The notes beneath the pieces were generated by a model that saw only the letters and a list, made by a program, of their open reading frames with translations, searched no databases and had not been told where the DNA came from. Made by a program: the position numbers and the translations under genes. Positions 1-28,895 of a stretch of 64,000 nt of DNA are shown piece after piece. Location of the stretch: positions 13,764,001 through 13,828,000 of the forward strand of contig CM022667.1 of the NCBI GenBank assembly GCA_012295275.1. The letters run 5' to 3'. The stretch's first letter is position 1; every line of letters begins with the position of its first letter. The DNA comes from Chrysomallon squamiferum. Lineage: Eukaryota > Animalia > Mollusca.

Positions 1-747
1 TTTGTTTGTTTGTTTGTTTATTTGTTTGTTTGTTTGCTTATTAATTAATTAATTTATTTGTTTATATCACTTAGGTATTAGGTTTATTTATTTATTTATT
101 TACGTATTTATTTTTCAAAATGTACACACCTATCGCTTCAGGTATTCATTAATTGATAACTGTAGTTAAAGATATATATATATATATTTCAAGATAACCA
201 ATGTCATTAGTGCATTTTAATTTTATTTGATTATGTGATAGTATTAAAATCATTATAGAATACTTTGATTAAACTTCTGAAGCAAACTATTCAGTCTTAA
301 CCTATTGCTGTTATGTATGATTTATGCCCACTGTCGTCTGCAGTACGCAATTATATCACCAAGGTGACATGAAAACAAAAATGGCTCAAAGATCTGTTTT
401 CAGAATTTTATTGTTATCTTGTTATACTTCACAAAAAAACAATGATTAAACGGCTCAGATCCAAATGTAGCATAATTTAGAATTACTCTGATTATCTTTA
501 AACTGGTATTTCGCATAACTAAAGGTGTATTTTGATTCATTCAGAGAGGTCTACAACACTGTTAGAAGATATATTATCATTTAGAAGAATTCAGAATATC
601 AGAATTTCTTCGTATAATTAAAGATGCACTTCGTTTCAGACAGGTCTACATATCGGTTAGACGGCAAAGATAAGAACACAAAAATAATGAGGAAGTTTTC
701 AGAATTTCAGAATTTCTTCGTATAATTAAAGATGCACTTCGTTTCAG

Positions 748-15207
<14,460 letters not shown>

Positions 15208-15252
15208 TAAAGTCTAGTACAACATTTCAAGTCAAGTTTGAAACATGTTTTA

Positions 15253-15309
<57 letters not shown>

Positions 15310-15612
15310 TAATAATAATAATGCATATTATGATAATAATGATAATAATAATAATTATGATAATAATGATAATGATGATAATAAAATAAAATAATAATAA
15401 TAAAGTATAATAATAATAATAACAACAACAATAATAAATAAATCAATAAATATATCATAAATAAATAAATAAATAAAAACATGATTCCTAGCATGAATGT
15501 GGATTCATTCTAAAAAGATAGTTTGTTTCGACCAAAAAAATAAAAATAAATAAATATAAATAAATAGATAAATGAAATAAATTAAAATAAAATAAAATAA
15601 AATAAAATAAAA

Positions 15613-15647
<35 letters not shown>

Positions 15648-16087
15648 ACAAATAAATAAAAACTATAAGGCCATATTCAGGAGTGACAATTATTTGTGAT
15701 TCAACAAAATTATTAAATAACAACAAAAAAGAAGTTTGGAATCGTAAGAACTTTTAACTGACGTTGTTCATTCTTAAAATCACAGAGATATAGGCCACTA
15801 AAAGTTGTATCTTTAAAAAGAATTTAAAAAATATTCAGTATAAATGACATTTTCTGTACATTTTAGCATTCAGCTGCACGAATGCAATAAATTAACACAG
15901 AAAAAAGTTTCTAAAAAAGTTGGCTAAAAGCACAATGATCTCTGGAATGACACAAACATACCAAAATATTTTTCATGCTCAGTTCACGGTTTCAAATGTG
16001 GTTGACTGAAGTGAAAAATGAAAAATAAAAAGAATGAAATAAAAATCACGATAGCTTTCTTAAATCAACAATATCAATCACTGCACA

Positions 16088-16131
<44 letters not shown>

Positions 16132-16274
16132 AAGAACGTTTTGGAATTATTAAACTCATATTATAATAACAACTTTCGAGAAAGTATGACTAAGATGAAT
16201 GATTTCTAGAAATAGACGAACATAATAAAAAAATGTAAAGGTTCAGTTCAGTCTGTAAAAATGATTTTTAACTC

Positions 16275-16319
16275 TGTCTTCAGTGGAGAGTTGGAGGAAG
16301 GGGAGGCATTCTGAGTGGT
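16275..16319 (+). pseudogene. U3: U3 snoRNA 3' fragment
   Basis: Only CTTCAGTGGAGAGTTGGAGGAAGGGGGAGGCATTCTGAGTGGT remains (3' hairpin, box D), joined to upstream-spacer sequence. Confidence 0.8.
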
Positions 16320-16559
16320 CTACAATCTTTTTTTTTATAAAACAAAAACAGTAACAAATATTAATTGTGTTTACTCACTGTTTAACGCCAGAAATAATAA
16401 AGATCTTTTTTCATCAAGAATTGTACTGGTTGTCATAAATACTGATATTACTACAAGTCTTTAATTTTCTTTTTAATTCATTTTTCTTTGCGTTTATTTT
16501 CTTTCGTATTGTTTTGTTTTGTTTTGTTTATTTATTTATTTATTATTTATTTATTTATT

Positions 16560-16604
<45 letters not shown>

Positions 16605-16758
16605 GTTGTTTATTGTTGTTTTGTTAAGAACTCCAAAAGTGATAGAAAAAAAAACAAAAAAACCAAAAAAAAAAACACGACAACATCTTTTCTTCATTGA
16701 TTGTTAAATATATTTTTTTTACTCTATTATAAAATTATTTTTATTTATTCAATTTTTT

Positions 16759-16808
<50 letters not shown>

Positions 16809-17117
16809 CACAAACACAAGTACTTCAAAACGTTTTATTAATAATTATTAATCCACTATTAATAAAAGCTTTCGAGAAAATACACGAACATGCACAAGTA
16901 TTATAGATTGAAGTTCTGTCTGTAAAATTCATTAGAAAAGTCGATATTCAAGAAAAGTTTTTATAAATCGACAAAATAAATAACATTATATAACAGAAGA
17001 AAATACAGTAATTTTAAGCATCAGTAGTATTAGAATTACATTTTCGAATTTTGGATTTATTAATAATTAGTGAAATGGCTATATTAATATGCATGATTAA
17101 CGTACCAAATTTAAGCC

Positions 17118-17154
<37 letters not shown>

Positions 17155-17333
17155 TACATACATACATACATATACGTGTATGTATATGTATATACATTAT
17201 CCGGATAATTATTACACACAAATATATACACATAAACAAAGATAAAACAAAAACAACGACAATATAACAAGAAGAAAAAGAAGATGATGAATAACTTAAA
17301 TACTGTTTCTACTACTACTACTATTAATAATAG

Positions 17334-17421
<88 letters not shown>

Positions 17422-17583
17422 AAGAAGAAGAAGAAGAGAAAAATAATCAACAATAACAAAAAGTGAAGAAAACTGTAAAGAAAAGGCAGAATAAAACGAA
17501 AATAAGAAAAGATAAAGAATAACATAAAACAAAATATAAAAGCAGTAACAGAAATTGTAGAACATTAATATCGCACCACCAGT

Positions 17584-17687
<104 letters not shown>

Positions 17688-17743
17688 CACAACACACACA
17701 CACAAAACGTCAACAGAAGTAATTAATGAATACACCAGAGAAT

Positions 17744-17964
17744 GGGTCTGGGTCTGGGTCTGGGTCTGGGTGTGGGACTGGGGGAGTGGGAGTGGGACTG
17801 GGGGAGTGGGAGTTGGTCTGGGGGAGTTGGAGTGGGTCTGGGGGAGTGGGACTGTGAGTGGGTCTGGGAGTGTCACCTTTTCGGTGACTCGCTCCTCGTC
17901 ATTGATGACCGTTCCTCTCTTCCTTCAGTGGAGAGTTGGAGGAAGGGGAGGCATTCTGAGTGGT
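17744..17964 (+). pseudogene. U3: 5'-truncated U3 copy beginning inside a G-rich hexamer tract
   Basis: (GGGTCT/GGGAGT/GGGACT)n followed by the U3 3' half (box C TGATGA, box D CTGA). Boxes A', A, C', B and the promoter are absent. Confidence 0.85.
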
Positions 17965-18039
17965 CAACAAACGTTTTTTAAAATCCAAAAATATTAATGA
18001 TATTTACTTGCCCTTTAACGCCAGAAGCATTATTATTGT

Positions 18040-18905
18040 ATCATATTTATACAGCAACCTAAAGGCGCTTTACGGTGTAAAATGATAATCTAAAATATTT
18101 AAAGGTGTTTAAAATAGTTAACAGACTAGCTTGAACGTTTTAAAATTAAAAAAAACAACAAAAGAAGCAACTAAATATTAACTAAGTGGATTGGAAAGAA
18201 AAAATTATTGAGCAATGTTTGCATATAGCTGTTGTTTCAGCCTCACTGATGTTACTTGGGAGTCAGTTCCACAAAGTTAGTGACACCCTAAATGAAACAT
18301 CTCTGGCTGTATGTTTATTATTCTTGGTGTTAGTAATCTTGATGAGATCGTAAGAGTCATAATTGGCCTATACACTTCCATCATGTCCTCGATGTACTCA
18401 AAGAAATAACAAGGATGTTTGTTCATTCAGTAAGATGTTAAATTATCACTAGTCGTAAATACTGATATTAGTGCAACAGTATTTTATTTTATTTTATTTT
18501 TAAAATAATTAATTTCTGTACAAGTATGTTCAAGGATGCTTTACAGTGCAAAATGATAATCTGAAATACGAGAAGACTTGGATATAAACATATTCAAAGG
18601 TGTTTAAAATAGTTAATAGACTAGCTTGAACGTTTTAAAATTGATTTTTTTTTTTTTTTTTTTTTTTTTTATATATAAAACAAAACTATATATTAACAAA
18701 GTGGATTGAAAAGATAAAAACTATTTAGCAATGTTTTGAATGTAGCTGTTGTTTCAGCCTCACTGATGTTAGTTGGCAGTCAGTTCCACAAAGTTGGTGC
18801 ACCCTAACTTAAACATCTCAGGCCGTATCTTTGATGTTACTAATCTTTACGAGTTCTGTGATCCTAAATGGACTGTACACTTCCAGCATGTCCTTGGTGT
18901 ACTAA
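18040..18905 (-). mobile_element. Two decayed L2/CR1-group LINE 3'-end fragments (another at ~20165-20445; repeated in every array unit)
   Basis: Minus strand reads RYGLRCLS*GAPTLWN*LPTNISEAETTATFKTLLN, matching the ORF2 C-terminal motif G.RAF...AP.LWN.LP..IR...FK..LK. The first copy ends in a GTAAAGCGCC...TATAAAT-type tail. Confidence 0.7.
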
Positions 18906-19800
18906 AACAAATAACAAAGATGTTTATTTATTCAGTAAGATGTTAAATTATCAACAATTGTAAATACTGACATTCGTAGAACTGTATTTAATTTTATGTT
19001 ATTTTAAAAACAATTCATTTATTCATTCATTTATTCATTAATTATTCAATTCATTCGGTTATTATTAGTAGTATTACTATTAGTATTGTTGTTGTTGTTG
19101 TTTAATGTAACCAATCCGAAAAATGGTAACAGATCTGTATCTGATTGTCCAGTGCTTATTATTTAATACCAACGTCAACAAAGATCTTTGCAAAGACAAG
19201 ACTTTATCCTCATTAATCGTTTTTATTATAATTACCTGACATGTTTTCCGGGAAATTTTAAATTATTTCCTTATTTATTTATTTGTTAGTTTGTTTGTTT
19301 GTTTGTTTGTTTGTTTGTTTGTTTGTTTGTTTGTTTGCTTGTTTGTTTGTTTTTTGTTAATTTTCAATTTACTATTTTCTTTCAGTGTATATATTTACAA
19401 AAATTCACGTATATCCTCATATGCGTAAACTGAAGCACACCCACGCATACACTCAAATACACAGAGGCAGTATTTGAAAACGTTTTAATGATAATTATTA
19501 ATCCAGTATTATAGTTAGAACTTGCGAGAACCTTAGAGTAAGGAGAATGTTCTCTAGAATTACACAGACATACTAAATATTTTGAAGTTCAGTTCAGTCT
19601 TTAAAAAACATTTGACTCGGTCAAAAACACAAACGAAAACAATTAAATAGAAAACTCGACATTCAAGAGCAGTTAGCTTTCTTAAATCGATAAAATAAAT
19701 AAAATTAAACAAAAGAAGAAACTACAGTCATATTAACTACCAGAAGTATTAGAATTACTTTTACGAGTTATGGATTAATTAATAAAGAATGAAACGAATA

Positions 19801-19880
19801 TATTAATATGCATGATCAACGTACCATACTGAAACCGAACACTGTTTCATATATGCTCTATCCCGGAACCTGTACAATTT
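19801..19880 (+). promoter_or_regulatory. snRNA-type promoter upstream of U3 (repeated before each full copy)
   Basis: Conserved block: octamer-like ATATGCAT (~-75), PSE-like GTACCATACTGAAACC (-60 to -45), TTCATATATG (~-30). It is conserved even where the surrounding spacers diverge. Confidence 0.65.
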
Positions 19881-20100
19881 AAGATCATACTTTTAGGGAT
19901 CATTTCTATAGTATGCATCGCCAAGACGTCACGTAACACTGACGAACGACCGAGACCACGAGGACGAGACACAGCCTCCTCTTCTGAGCGCGAAGCGGAC
20001 TGGGAGTGTCACCTTTTCGGTGACTCGCTCCTCGTCATTGATGACCGTTCCTCTCTTCCTTCAGTGGAGAGTTGGAGGAAGGGGAGGCATTCTGAGTGGT
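19881..20100 (+). ncRNA. U3: U3 snoRNA, canonical type A (220 nt)
   Basis: AAGATCATACTTTTAGGGATCATTTCTATAGT (boxes A'/A), ACCAC-GAGGACGA (C'), GAGCGCGAAG (B), TTGATGA (C), TCTGA-GTGGT (D and terminal stem); collinear with vertebrate U3. Confidence 0.96.
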
Positions 20101-21235
20101 CCACAACCAATTTTTAAAAAACAAAAACAGTCAAATATATTATTGATATTTACTAGCCCTTTAACGCCAATGTAAACTGATAATCTAAAATATCAGAAGC
20201 CTTCGACATTAACATATTTAAAGGTGTTTAAAATAGTTAACAGACTAGCTTGAATGTTTAAAAATTGAAAACAAAGTGGACTGAAAAGAAACAAATTATT
20301 TAGCAATGTTTTGAATGTAGCTGCTGTTTCCACCTCACTGATGTTACTTGGGAGTGTGTAGTTCTTATTCTTGATGTTATTAATCTGTATGAGTTATGTG
20401 ATCCTACTTGGCCTGCACACTTCCAGCATGTCCTTGATGTACTCAAAGAAATGACAAAGATGTTTCTTCAGTAAGATGTTAAATTATCAACAGTCGTAAA
20501 AACCGATATTCGTGCAACAGTATTTTATTTTATTTTATTTTTAAAATAATTCATTCATTCATTCATTCATTCATTTTCTTTTTGTTGTTGTTGTTGTTGT
20601 TGTCGGTTAAGAACACGAAAAATGGTCACAGTTCTGTATCTGATTGACTACTGCTGATTGTTTAACGCCAGCATCACCGAAGATGTTTATAAAAACAACA
20701 CTTTATCATCGTTAATCGTTTTCGTTATAATTACGTGACATGTTTTCTGGACAATTTTAAAATATTTATTTATTTATTTTACATTTTCAGTTGTTTACTT
20801 TTTTCTTCAGTATCTATTTTCATGGAACTATTGAGATTCGTGTATACACAAACATACATATAAACAAATACATGGTACTTCAAAACGTTCTAATAATAAT
20901 TTCTAGAAACACACGAATGTAACAAAAGAAAAACAAAATAATATTCAGTTCAGTCTGTAAAATTCATTTGACTCGGTCAAAAACCTAAAATATGTAATTA
21001 AATAAACATCTCGATATCTCTGAAAAGTTACCTTTGTTCAGTCGACAAAATCAATTATATTAAATAAAAGAACAAATAACATTAATATTAACTATATGAT
21101 GTGTTAGAATTACTTTTACGAATTAGGGATTAATTAACAAAAACTGAAATGATTATATTAATATGCATGATCAACGTACCATTCTGAAAACGAATACTGT
21201 TTCATATATGCTCTATCCCGGAACCTGTACAATTT

Positions 21236-21797
21236 AAGATCATACTTTTAGAGATCATTTCTATAGTATGCATCGGCAAGACGTCACGTCACATAACACT
21301 GACGAACGACCGAGACCACGAGGACGAGACACAGCATCCTCTTCTGAGCGCGAAGCGGACTGGGGGAGTGGGACTGGGGGAGTGGTAGTGGGAAAGGGAG
21401 TGGTAGTGGGACAGGGTCTGGGTTTGGGGGACTGGGTCTGGGGGAGTGGGACTGGGTGAGTGGGACTGGGGGAGTGGTAGTGGGACAGGGTGTGGGAGTG
21501 GGAGAGGGACAGGGAGTGGTAGTGGGACAGGGTCTGGGTTTGGGGGACTGGGTCTGGGGGAGTGGGGGATTGGGAGTGGGACAGGGAGAGGGGACAGGGA
21601 GTGGGACAGGGAGTGGGACAGGGAGTGGGACAGGGAGTGGGACAGGGAGTGGTAGTGGGACAGGGTCTGGGTTTGGGGACTGGGTCTGGGGGGGGACTGG
21701 GAGTGTCACCTTTTCGGCGACTCGCTCCTCGTCATTGATGACCGTTCCTCTCTTCCTTCAGTGGAGAGTTGGAGGAAGGGGAGGCATTCTGAGTGGT
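21236..21797 (+). ncRNA. U3: Variant U3 type B with ~337-nt G-rich insertion
   Basis: All boxes present; box A GGGATC>GAGATC, GTCAC duplication, hexamer tract ~21362-21698. Confidence 0.85.
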
Positions 21798-22493
21798 CAA
21801 CAAACGTTTTTTAAAATCCAAAAATATTAATGATATTTACTTGCCCTTTAACGCCAGAAGCATTATTATTCTACCACATTTATATAGCAACCAAAAGGCG
21901 CTTTACGGTGTAAAATGATAATCTAAAATATGAGAAGACATAAAAATATTTAAAGGTGTTTAAAATAGTTAACAGACTAGCTTGAACGTTTTAAAATTAA
22001 AAAAACAACAAAAGAAGCAACTATATATTAACTAAGTGGATTGAAAAGAAAAAAATTATTGTGCAATATTTGCATATAGCTGTTGTTTCAGCCTCACTGA
22101 TGTTACTTGGGAGTCAGTTCCACAAAGTTAGTGACACCCTAAATGAAACATCTCTGGCTGTATGTTTATTATTCTTGGTGTTAGTAATCTTGATGAGATC
22201 GTAAGAGTCATAATTGGCCTATACACTTCCATCATGTCCTCGATGTACTCAAAGAAATAACAAGGATGTTTGTTCATTCAGTAAGATGTTAAATTATCAC
22301 TAGTCGTAAATACTGATATTAGTGCAACAGTATTTTATTTTATTTTATTTTTAAAATAATTAATTTCTGTACAAGTATGCTCAAGGATGCTTTACAGTGC
22401 AAAATGATTATCTGAAATACGAGAAGACTTGGATATAAACATATTCAAAGGTGTTTAAAATAGTTAATAGACTAGCTTGAACGTTTTAAAATT

Positions 22494-22529
<36 letters not shown>

Positions 22530-23710
22530 ACTATATATTAACAAAGTGGATTGAAAAGATAAAAACTATTTAGCAATGTTTTGAATGTAGCTGTTGTTTC
22601 AGCCTCACTGATGTTAGTTGGCAGTCAGTTCCACAAAGTTGGTGCACCCTAACTTAAACATCTCAGGCCGTATTTTTGATGTTACTAATCTTTACGAGTT
22701 CTGTGATCCTAAATGGACTGTACACTTCCAGCATGTCCTTGGTGTACTAAAACAAATAACAAAGATGTTTATTTATTCAGTAAGATGTTAAATTATCAAC
22801 AATTGTAAATACTGACATTCGTAGAACTGTATTTAATTTTATGTTATTTTAAAAACAATTCATTTATTCATTCATTTATTCATTAATTATTCAATTCATT
22901 CGGTTATTATTAGTAGTATTACTATTAGTATTGTTGTTGTTGTTGTTTAATGTAACCAATCCGAAAAATGGTAACAGATCTGTATCTGATTGTCCAGTGC
23001 TTATTATTTAATACCAACGTCAACAAAGATCTTTGCAAAGACAAGACTTTATCCTCATTAATCGTTTTTATTATAATTACCTGACATGTTTTCCGGGAAA
23101 TTTTAAATTATTTCCTTATTTATTTATTTGTTAGTTTGTTTGTTTGTTTGTTTGTTTGTTTGCTTGTTTGTTTGTTTTTTTGTTTGTTAATTTTCAATTT
23201 ACTATTTTCTTTCAGTGTATATATTTACAAAAATTCACGTACATCCTCATATGCGTAAACTGAAGCACACCCACGCATACACTCAAATACACAGAGGCAG
23301 TATTTGAAAACGTTTTAATGATAATTATTAATCCAGTATTATAGTTAGAACTTGCGAGAACCTTAGAGTAAGGAGAATGTTCTCTAGAATTACACAGACA
23401 TACTAAATATTTTGAAGTTCAGTTCAGTCTTTAAAAAACATTTGACTCGGTCAAAAACACAAACGAAAACAATTAAATAGAAAACTCGACATTCAAGAGC
23501 AGTTAGCTTTCTTAAATCGATAAAATAAATAAAATTAAACAAAAGAAGAAACTACAGTCATATTAACTACCAGAAGTATTAGAATTACTTTTACGAGTTA
23601 TGGATTAATTAATAAAGAATGAAACGAATATATTAATATGCATGATCAACGTACCATACTGAAACCGAACACTGTTTCATATATGCTCTATCCCGGAACC
23701 TGTACAATTT

Positions 23711-23930
23711 AAGATCATACTTTTAGGGATCATTTCTATAGTATGCATCGCCAAGACGTCACGTAACACTGACGAACGACCGAGACCACGAGGACGAGAC
23801 ACAGCCTCCTCTTCTGAGCGCGAAGCGGACTGGGAGTGTCACCTTTTCGGTGACTCGCTCCTCGTCATTGATGACCGTTCCTCTCTTCCTTCAGTGGAGA
23901 GTTGGAGGAAGGGGAGGCATTCTGAGTGGT
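23711..23930 (+). ncRNA. U3: U3 snoRNA, type A
   Basis: Appears identical to 19881-20100. Confidence 0.96.
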
Positions 23931-25069
23931 CCACAACCAATTTTTAAAAAAACAAAAACAGTCAAATATATTATTGATATTTACTAGCCCTTTAACGCCA
24001 ATGTAAACTGATAATCTAAAATATGAGAAGCCTTCGACATTAACATATTTAAAGGTGTTTAAAATAGTTAACAGACTAGCTTGAATGTTTAAAAATTGAA
24101 AACAAAGTGGACTGAAAAGAAACAAATTATTTAGCAATGTTTTGAATGTAGCTGCTGTTTCGACCTCACTGATGTTACTTGGGAGTGTGTAGTTCTTATT
24201 CTTGATGTTATTAATCTGTATGAGTTATGTGATCCTACTTGGCCTGCACACTTCCAGCATGTCCTTGATGTACTCAAAGAAATGACAAAGATGTTTCTTC
24301 AGTAAGATGTTAAATTATCAACAGTCGTAAAAACCGATATTCGTGCAACAGTATTTTATTTTATTTTATTTTTAAAATAATTCATTCATTCATTCATTCA
24401 TTCATTCATTCATTCATTTTCTTTGTTGTTGTTGTTGTCGGTTAAGAACACGAAAAATGGTCACAGTTCTGTATCTGATTGACTACTGCTGATTGTTTAA
24501 CGCCAGCATCACCGAAGATGTTTATAAAAACAACACTTTATCATCGTTAATCGTTTCCGTTATAATTACGTGACATGTTTTCTGGACAATTTTAAAATAT
24601 TTATTTATTTATTTTATATTTTCAGTTGTTTACTTTTTTCTTCAGTATCTATTTTCATGGAACTATTGAGATTCGTGTATACACAAACATACATATAAAC
24701 AAATACATGGTACTTCAAAACGTTCTAATAATAATTTCTAGAAACACACGAATGTAACAAAAGAAAAACAAAATAATATTCAGTTCAGTCTGTAAAATTC
24801 ATTTGACTCGGTCAAAAACCTAAAATATGTAATTAAATAAACATCTCGATATCTCTGAAAAGTTACCTTTATTCAGTCGACAAAATCAATTATATTAAAT
24901 AAAAGAACAAATAACATTAATATTAACTATATGATGTGTTAGAATTACTTTTACGAATTAGGGATTAATAAAAAAAACTGAAATGATTATATTAATATGC
25001 ATGATCAACGTACCATTCTGAAAACGAATACTGTTTCATATATGCTCTATCCCGGAACCTGTACAATTT

Positions 25070-25608
25070 AAGATCATACTTTTAGAGATCATTTCTATAG
25101 TATGCATCGCCAAGACGTCACGTCACGTAACACTGACGAACGACCGAGACCACGAGGACGAGACACAGCATCCTCTTCTGAGCGCGAAGCGGACTGGGGG
25201 AGTGGGACCGAGGGAGTGGTAGTGGGAAAGGGAGTGGTAGTGGGTCTGGGTCTGGGGGAGTGGGACTGGGACAAGGAGTGGGACAAGGGAGTGGGACAGG
25301 GGAGTGGTAGTGGACAGGGACAGGGACAGGGTCTGGGGGTCTGGGTCTGGGGGGTCTGGGTTTGGGGGACTGGGTCTGGGGGACTGGGTCTGGGGGAATG
25401 GGTCTGGGGAATGGGTCTGGGGGACTGGGTCTGGGGGGACTGGGTCTGGGACAGGAGGGGACTGGGTCTGCGGGAGTGGTAGTGGGACAGGGTCTGGGTT
25501 TGGGGGAGTGGGAGTGTCACCTTTTCGGCGACTCGCTCCTCGTCATTGATGACCGTTCCTCTCTTCCTTCAGTGGAGAGTTGGAGGAAGGGGAGGCATTC
25601 TGAGTGGT
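25070..25608 (+). ncRNA. U3: Variant U3 type B with ~314-nt G-rich insertion
   Basis: Same diagnostic changes as the other B copies. Confidence 0.85.
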
Positions 25609-27537
25609 CAACAAACGTTTTTTAAAATCCAAAAATATTAATGATATTTACTTGCCCTTTAACGCCAGAAGCATTATTATTCTACCACATTTATATAGCA
25701 ACCAAAAGGCGCTTTACGGTGTAAAATGATAATCTAAAATATGAGAAGACATAAAAATATTTAAAGGTGTTTAAAATAGTTAACAGACTAGCTTGAACGT
25801 TTTAAAATTAAAAAAACAACAAAAGAAGCAACTATATATTAACTAAGTGGATTGAAAAGAAAAAAATTATTGTGCAATATTTGCATATAGCTGTTGTTTC
25901 AGCCTCACTGATGTTACTTGGGAGTCAGTTCCACAAAGTTAGTGACACCCTAAATGAAACATCTCTGGCTGTATGTTTATTATTCTTGGTGTTAGTAATC
26001 TTGATGAGATCGTAAGAGTCATAATTGGCCTATACACTTCCATCATGTCCTCGATGTACTCAAAGAAATAACAAGGATGTTTGTTCATTCAGTAAGATGT
26101 TAAATTATCACTAGTCGTAAATACTGATATTAGTGCAACAGTATTTTATTTTATTTTATTTTTAAAAATAATTAATTTCTGTACAAGTATGTTCAAGGAT
26201 GCTTTACAGTGCAAAATGATAATCTGAAATACGAGAAGACTTGGATATAAACATATTCAAAGGTGTTTAAAATAGTTAATAGACTAGCTTGAACGTTTTA
26301 AAATAGATTTTTTTTTTTTTTTTTTTTTTAAAAAAACAAAACTATATATTAACAAAGTGGATTGAAAAGATAAAAACTATTTAGCAATGTTTTGAATGTA
26401 GCTGTTGTTTCAGCCTCACTGATGTTAGTTGGCAGTCAGTTCCACAAAGTTGGTGCACCCTAACTTAAACATCTCAGGCCGTATTTTTGATGTTACTAAT
26501 CTTTACGAGTTCTGTGATCCTAAATGGACTGTACACTTCCAGCATGTCCTTGGTGTACTAAAACAAATAACAAAGATGTTTATTTATTCAGTAAGATGTT
26601 AAATTATCAACAATTGTAAATACTGACATTCGTAGAACTGTATTTAATTTTATGTTATTTTAAAAACAATTCATTTATTCATTCATTTATTCATTAATTA
26701 TTCAATTCATTCGGTTATTATTAGTAGTATTACTATTAGTATTGTTGTTGTTGTTGTTTAATGTAACCAATCCGAAAAATGGTAACAGATCTGTATCTGA
26801 TTGTCCAGTGCTTATTATTTAATACCAACGTCAACAAAGATCTTTGCAAAGACAAGACTTTATCCTCATTAATCGTTTTTATTATAATTACCTGACATGT
26901 TTTCCGGGAAATTTTAAATTATTTCCTTATTTATTTTTGTTTGTTAGTTTGTTTGTTTGTTTGTTTGTTTGTTTGTTTGTTTGTTTGCTTGTTTGTTTGT
27001 TTTTTTGTTTGTTAATTTTCAATTTACTATTTTCTTTCAGTGTATATATTTACAAAAATTCACGTACATCCTCATATGCGTAAACTGAAGCACACCCACG
27101 CATACACTCAAATACACAGAGGCAGTATTTGAAAACGTTTTAATGATAATATTATTAATCCAGTATTATAGTTAGAACTTGCGAGAACCTTAGAGTAAGG
27201 AGAATGTTCTCTAGAATTACACAGACATACTAAATATTTTGAAGTTCAGTTCAGTCTTTAAAAAACATTTGACTCGGTCAAAAACACAAACGAAAACAAT
27301 TAAATAGAAAACTCGACATTCAAGAGCAGTTAGCTTTCTTAAATCGATAAAATAAATAAAATTAAACAAAAGAAGAAACTACAGTCATATTAACTACCAG
27401 AAGTATTAGAATTACTTTTACGAGTTATGGATTAATTAATAAAGAATGAAACGAATATATTAATATGCATGATCAACGTACCATACTGAAACCGAACACT
27501 GTTTCATATATGCTCTATCCCGGAACCTGTACAATTT

Positions 27538-27757
27538 AAGATCATACTTTTAGGGATCATTTCTATAGTATGCATCGCCAAGACGTCACGTAACACTGAC
27601 GAACGACCGAGACCACGAGGACGAGACACAGCCTCCTCTTCTGAGCGCGAAGCGGACTGGGAGTGTCACCTTTTCGGTGACTCGCTCCTTGTCATTGATG
27701 ACCGTTCCTCTCTTCCTTCAGTGGAGAGTTGGAGGAAGGGGAGGCATTCTGAGTGGT
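27538..27757 (+). ncRNA. U3: U3 snoRNA, type A
   Basis: 220 nt; one C>T before box C. Confidence 0.95.
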
Positions 27758-28895
27758 CCACAACCAATTTTTAAAAAACAAAAACAGTCAAATATATTAT
27801 TGATATTTACTAGCCCTTTAACGCCAATGTAAACTGATAATCTAAAATATGAGAAGCCTTCGACATTAACATATTCAAAGGTGTTTAAAATAGTTAACAG
27901 ACTAGCTTGAATGTTTAAAAATTGAAAACAAAGTGGACTGAAAAGAAACAAATTATTTAGCAATGTTTTGAATGTAGCTGCTGTTTCCACCTCACTGATG
28001 TTACTTGGGAGTGTGTAGTTCTTATTCTTGATATTATTAATCTGTATAAGTTATGTGATCCTACTTGGCCTGCACACTTCCAGCATGTCCTTGATGTACT
28101 CAAAGAAATGACAAAGATGTTTCTTCAGTAAGATGTTAAATTATCAACAGTCGTAAAAACCGATATTCGTGCAACAGTATTTTATTTTATTTTATTTTTA
28201 AAATAATTCATTCATTCATTCATTCATTCATTCATTCATTCATTTTCTTTGTTGTTGTTGTTGTCGGTTAAGAACACGATAAATGGTCACAGTTCTGTAT
28301 CTGATTGACTACTGCTGATTGTTTAACGCCAGCATCACCGAAGATGTTTATAAAAACAACACTTTATCATCGTTAATCGTTTCCGTTATAATTACGTGAC
28401 ATGTTTTCTGGACAATTTTAAAATATTTATTTATTTATTTTATATTTTCAGTTGTTTACTTTTTTCTTCAGTATCTATTTTCATGGAACTATTGAGATTC
28501 GTGTATACACAAACATACATATAAACAAATACATGGTACTTCAAAACGTTCTAATAATAATTTCTAGAAACACACGAATGTAACAAAAGAAAAACAAAAT
28601 AATATTCAGTTCAGTCTGTAAAATTCATTTGACTCGGTCAAAAACCTAAAATATGTAATTAAATAAACATCTCGATATCTCTGAAAAGTTACCTTTATTC
28701 AGTCGACAAAATCAATTATATTAAATAAAAGAACAAATAACATTAATATTAACTATATGATGTGTTAGAATTACTTTTACGAATTAGGGATTAATAAAAA
28801 AAACTGAAATGATTATATTAATATGCATGATCAACGTACCATTCTGAAAACGAATACTGTTTCATATATGCTCTATCCCGGAACCTGTACAATTT

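Noticed and set aside
343-363. Possible micro-exon CAG|TACGCAATTATATCACCAAG|GTGAC of the CEMIP-like gene
   Set aside because: Weak splice context and no recognisable homology; cannot be supported.
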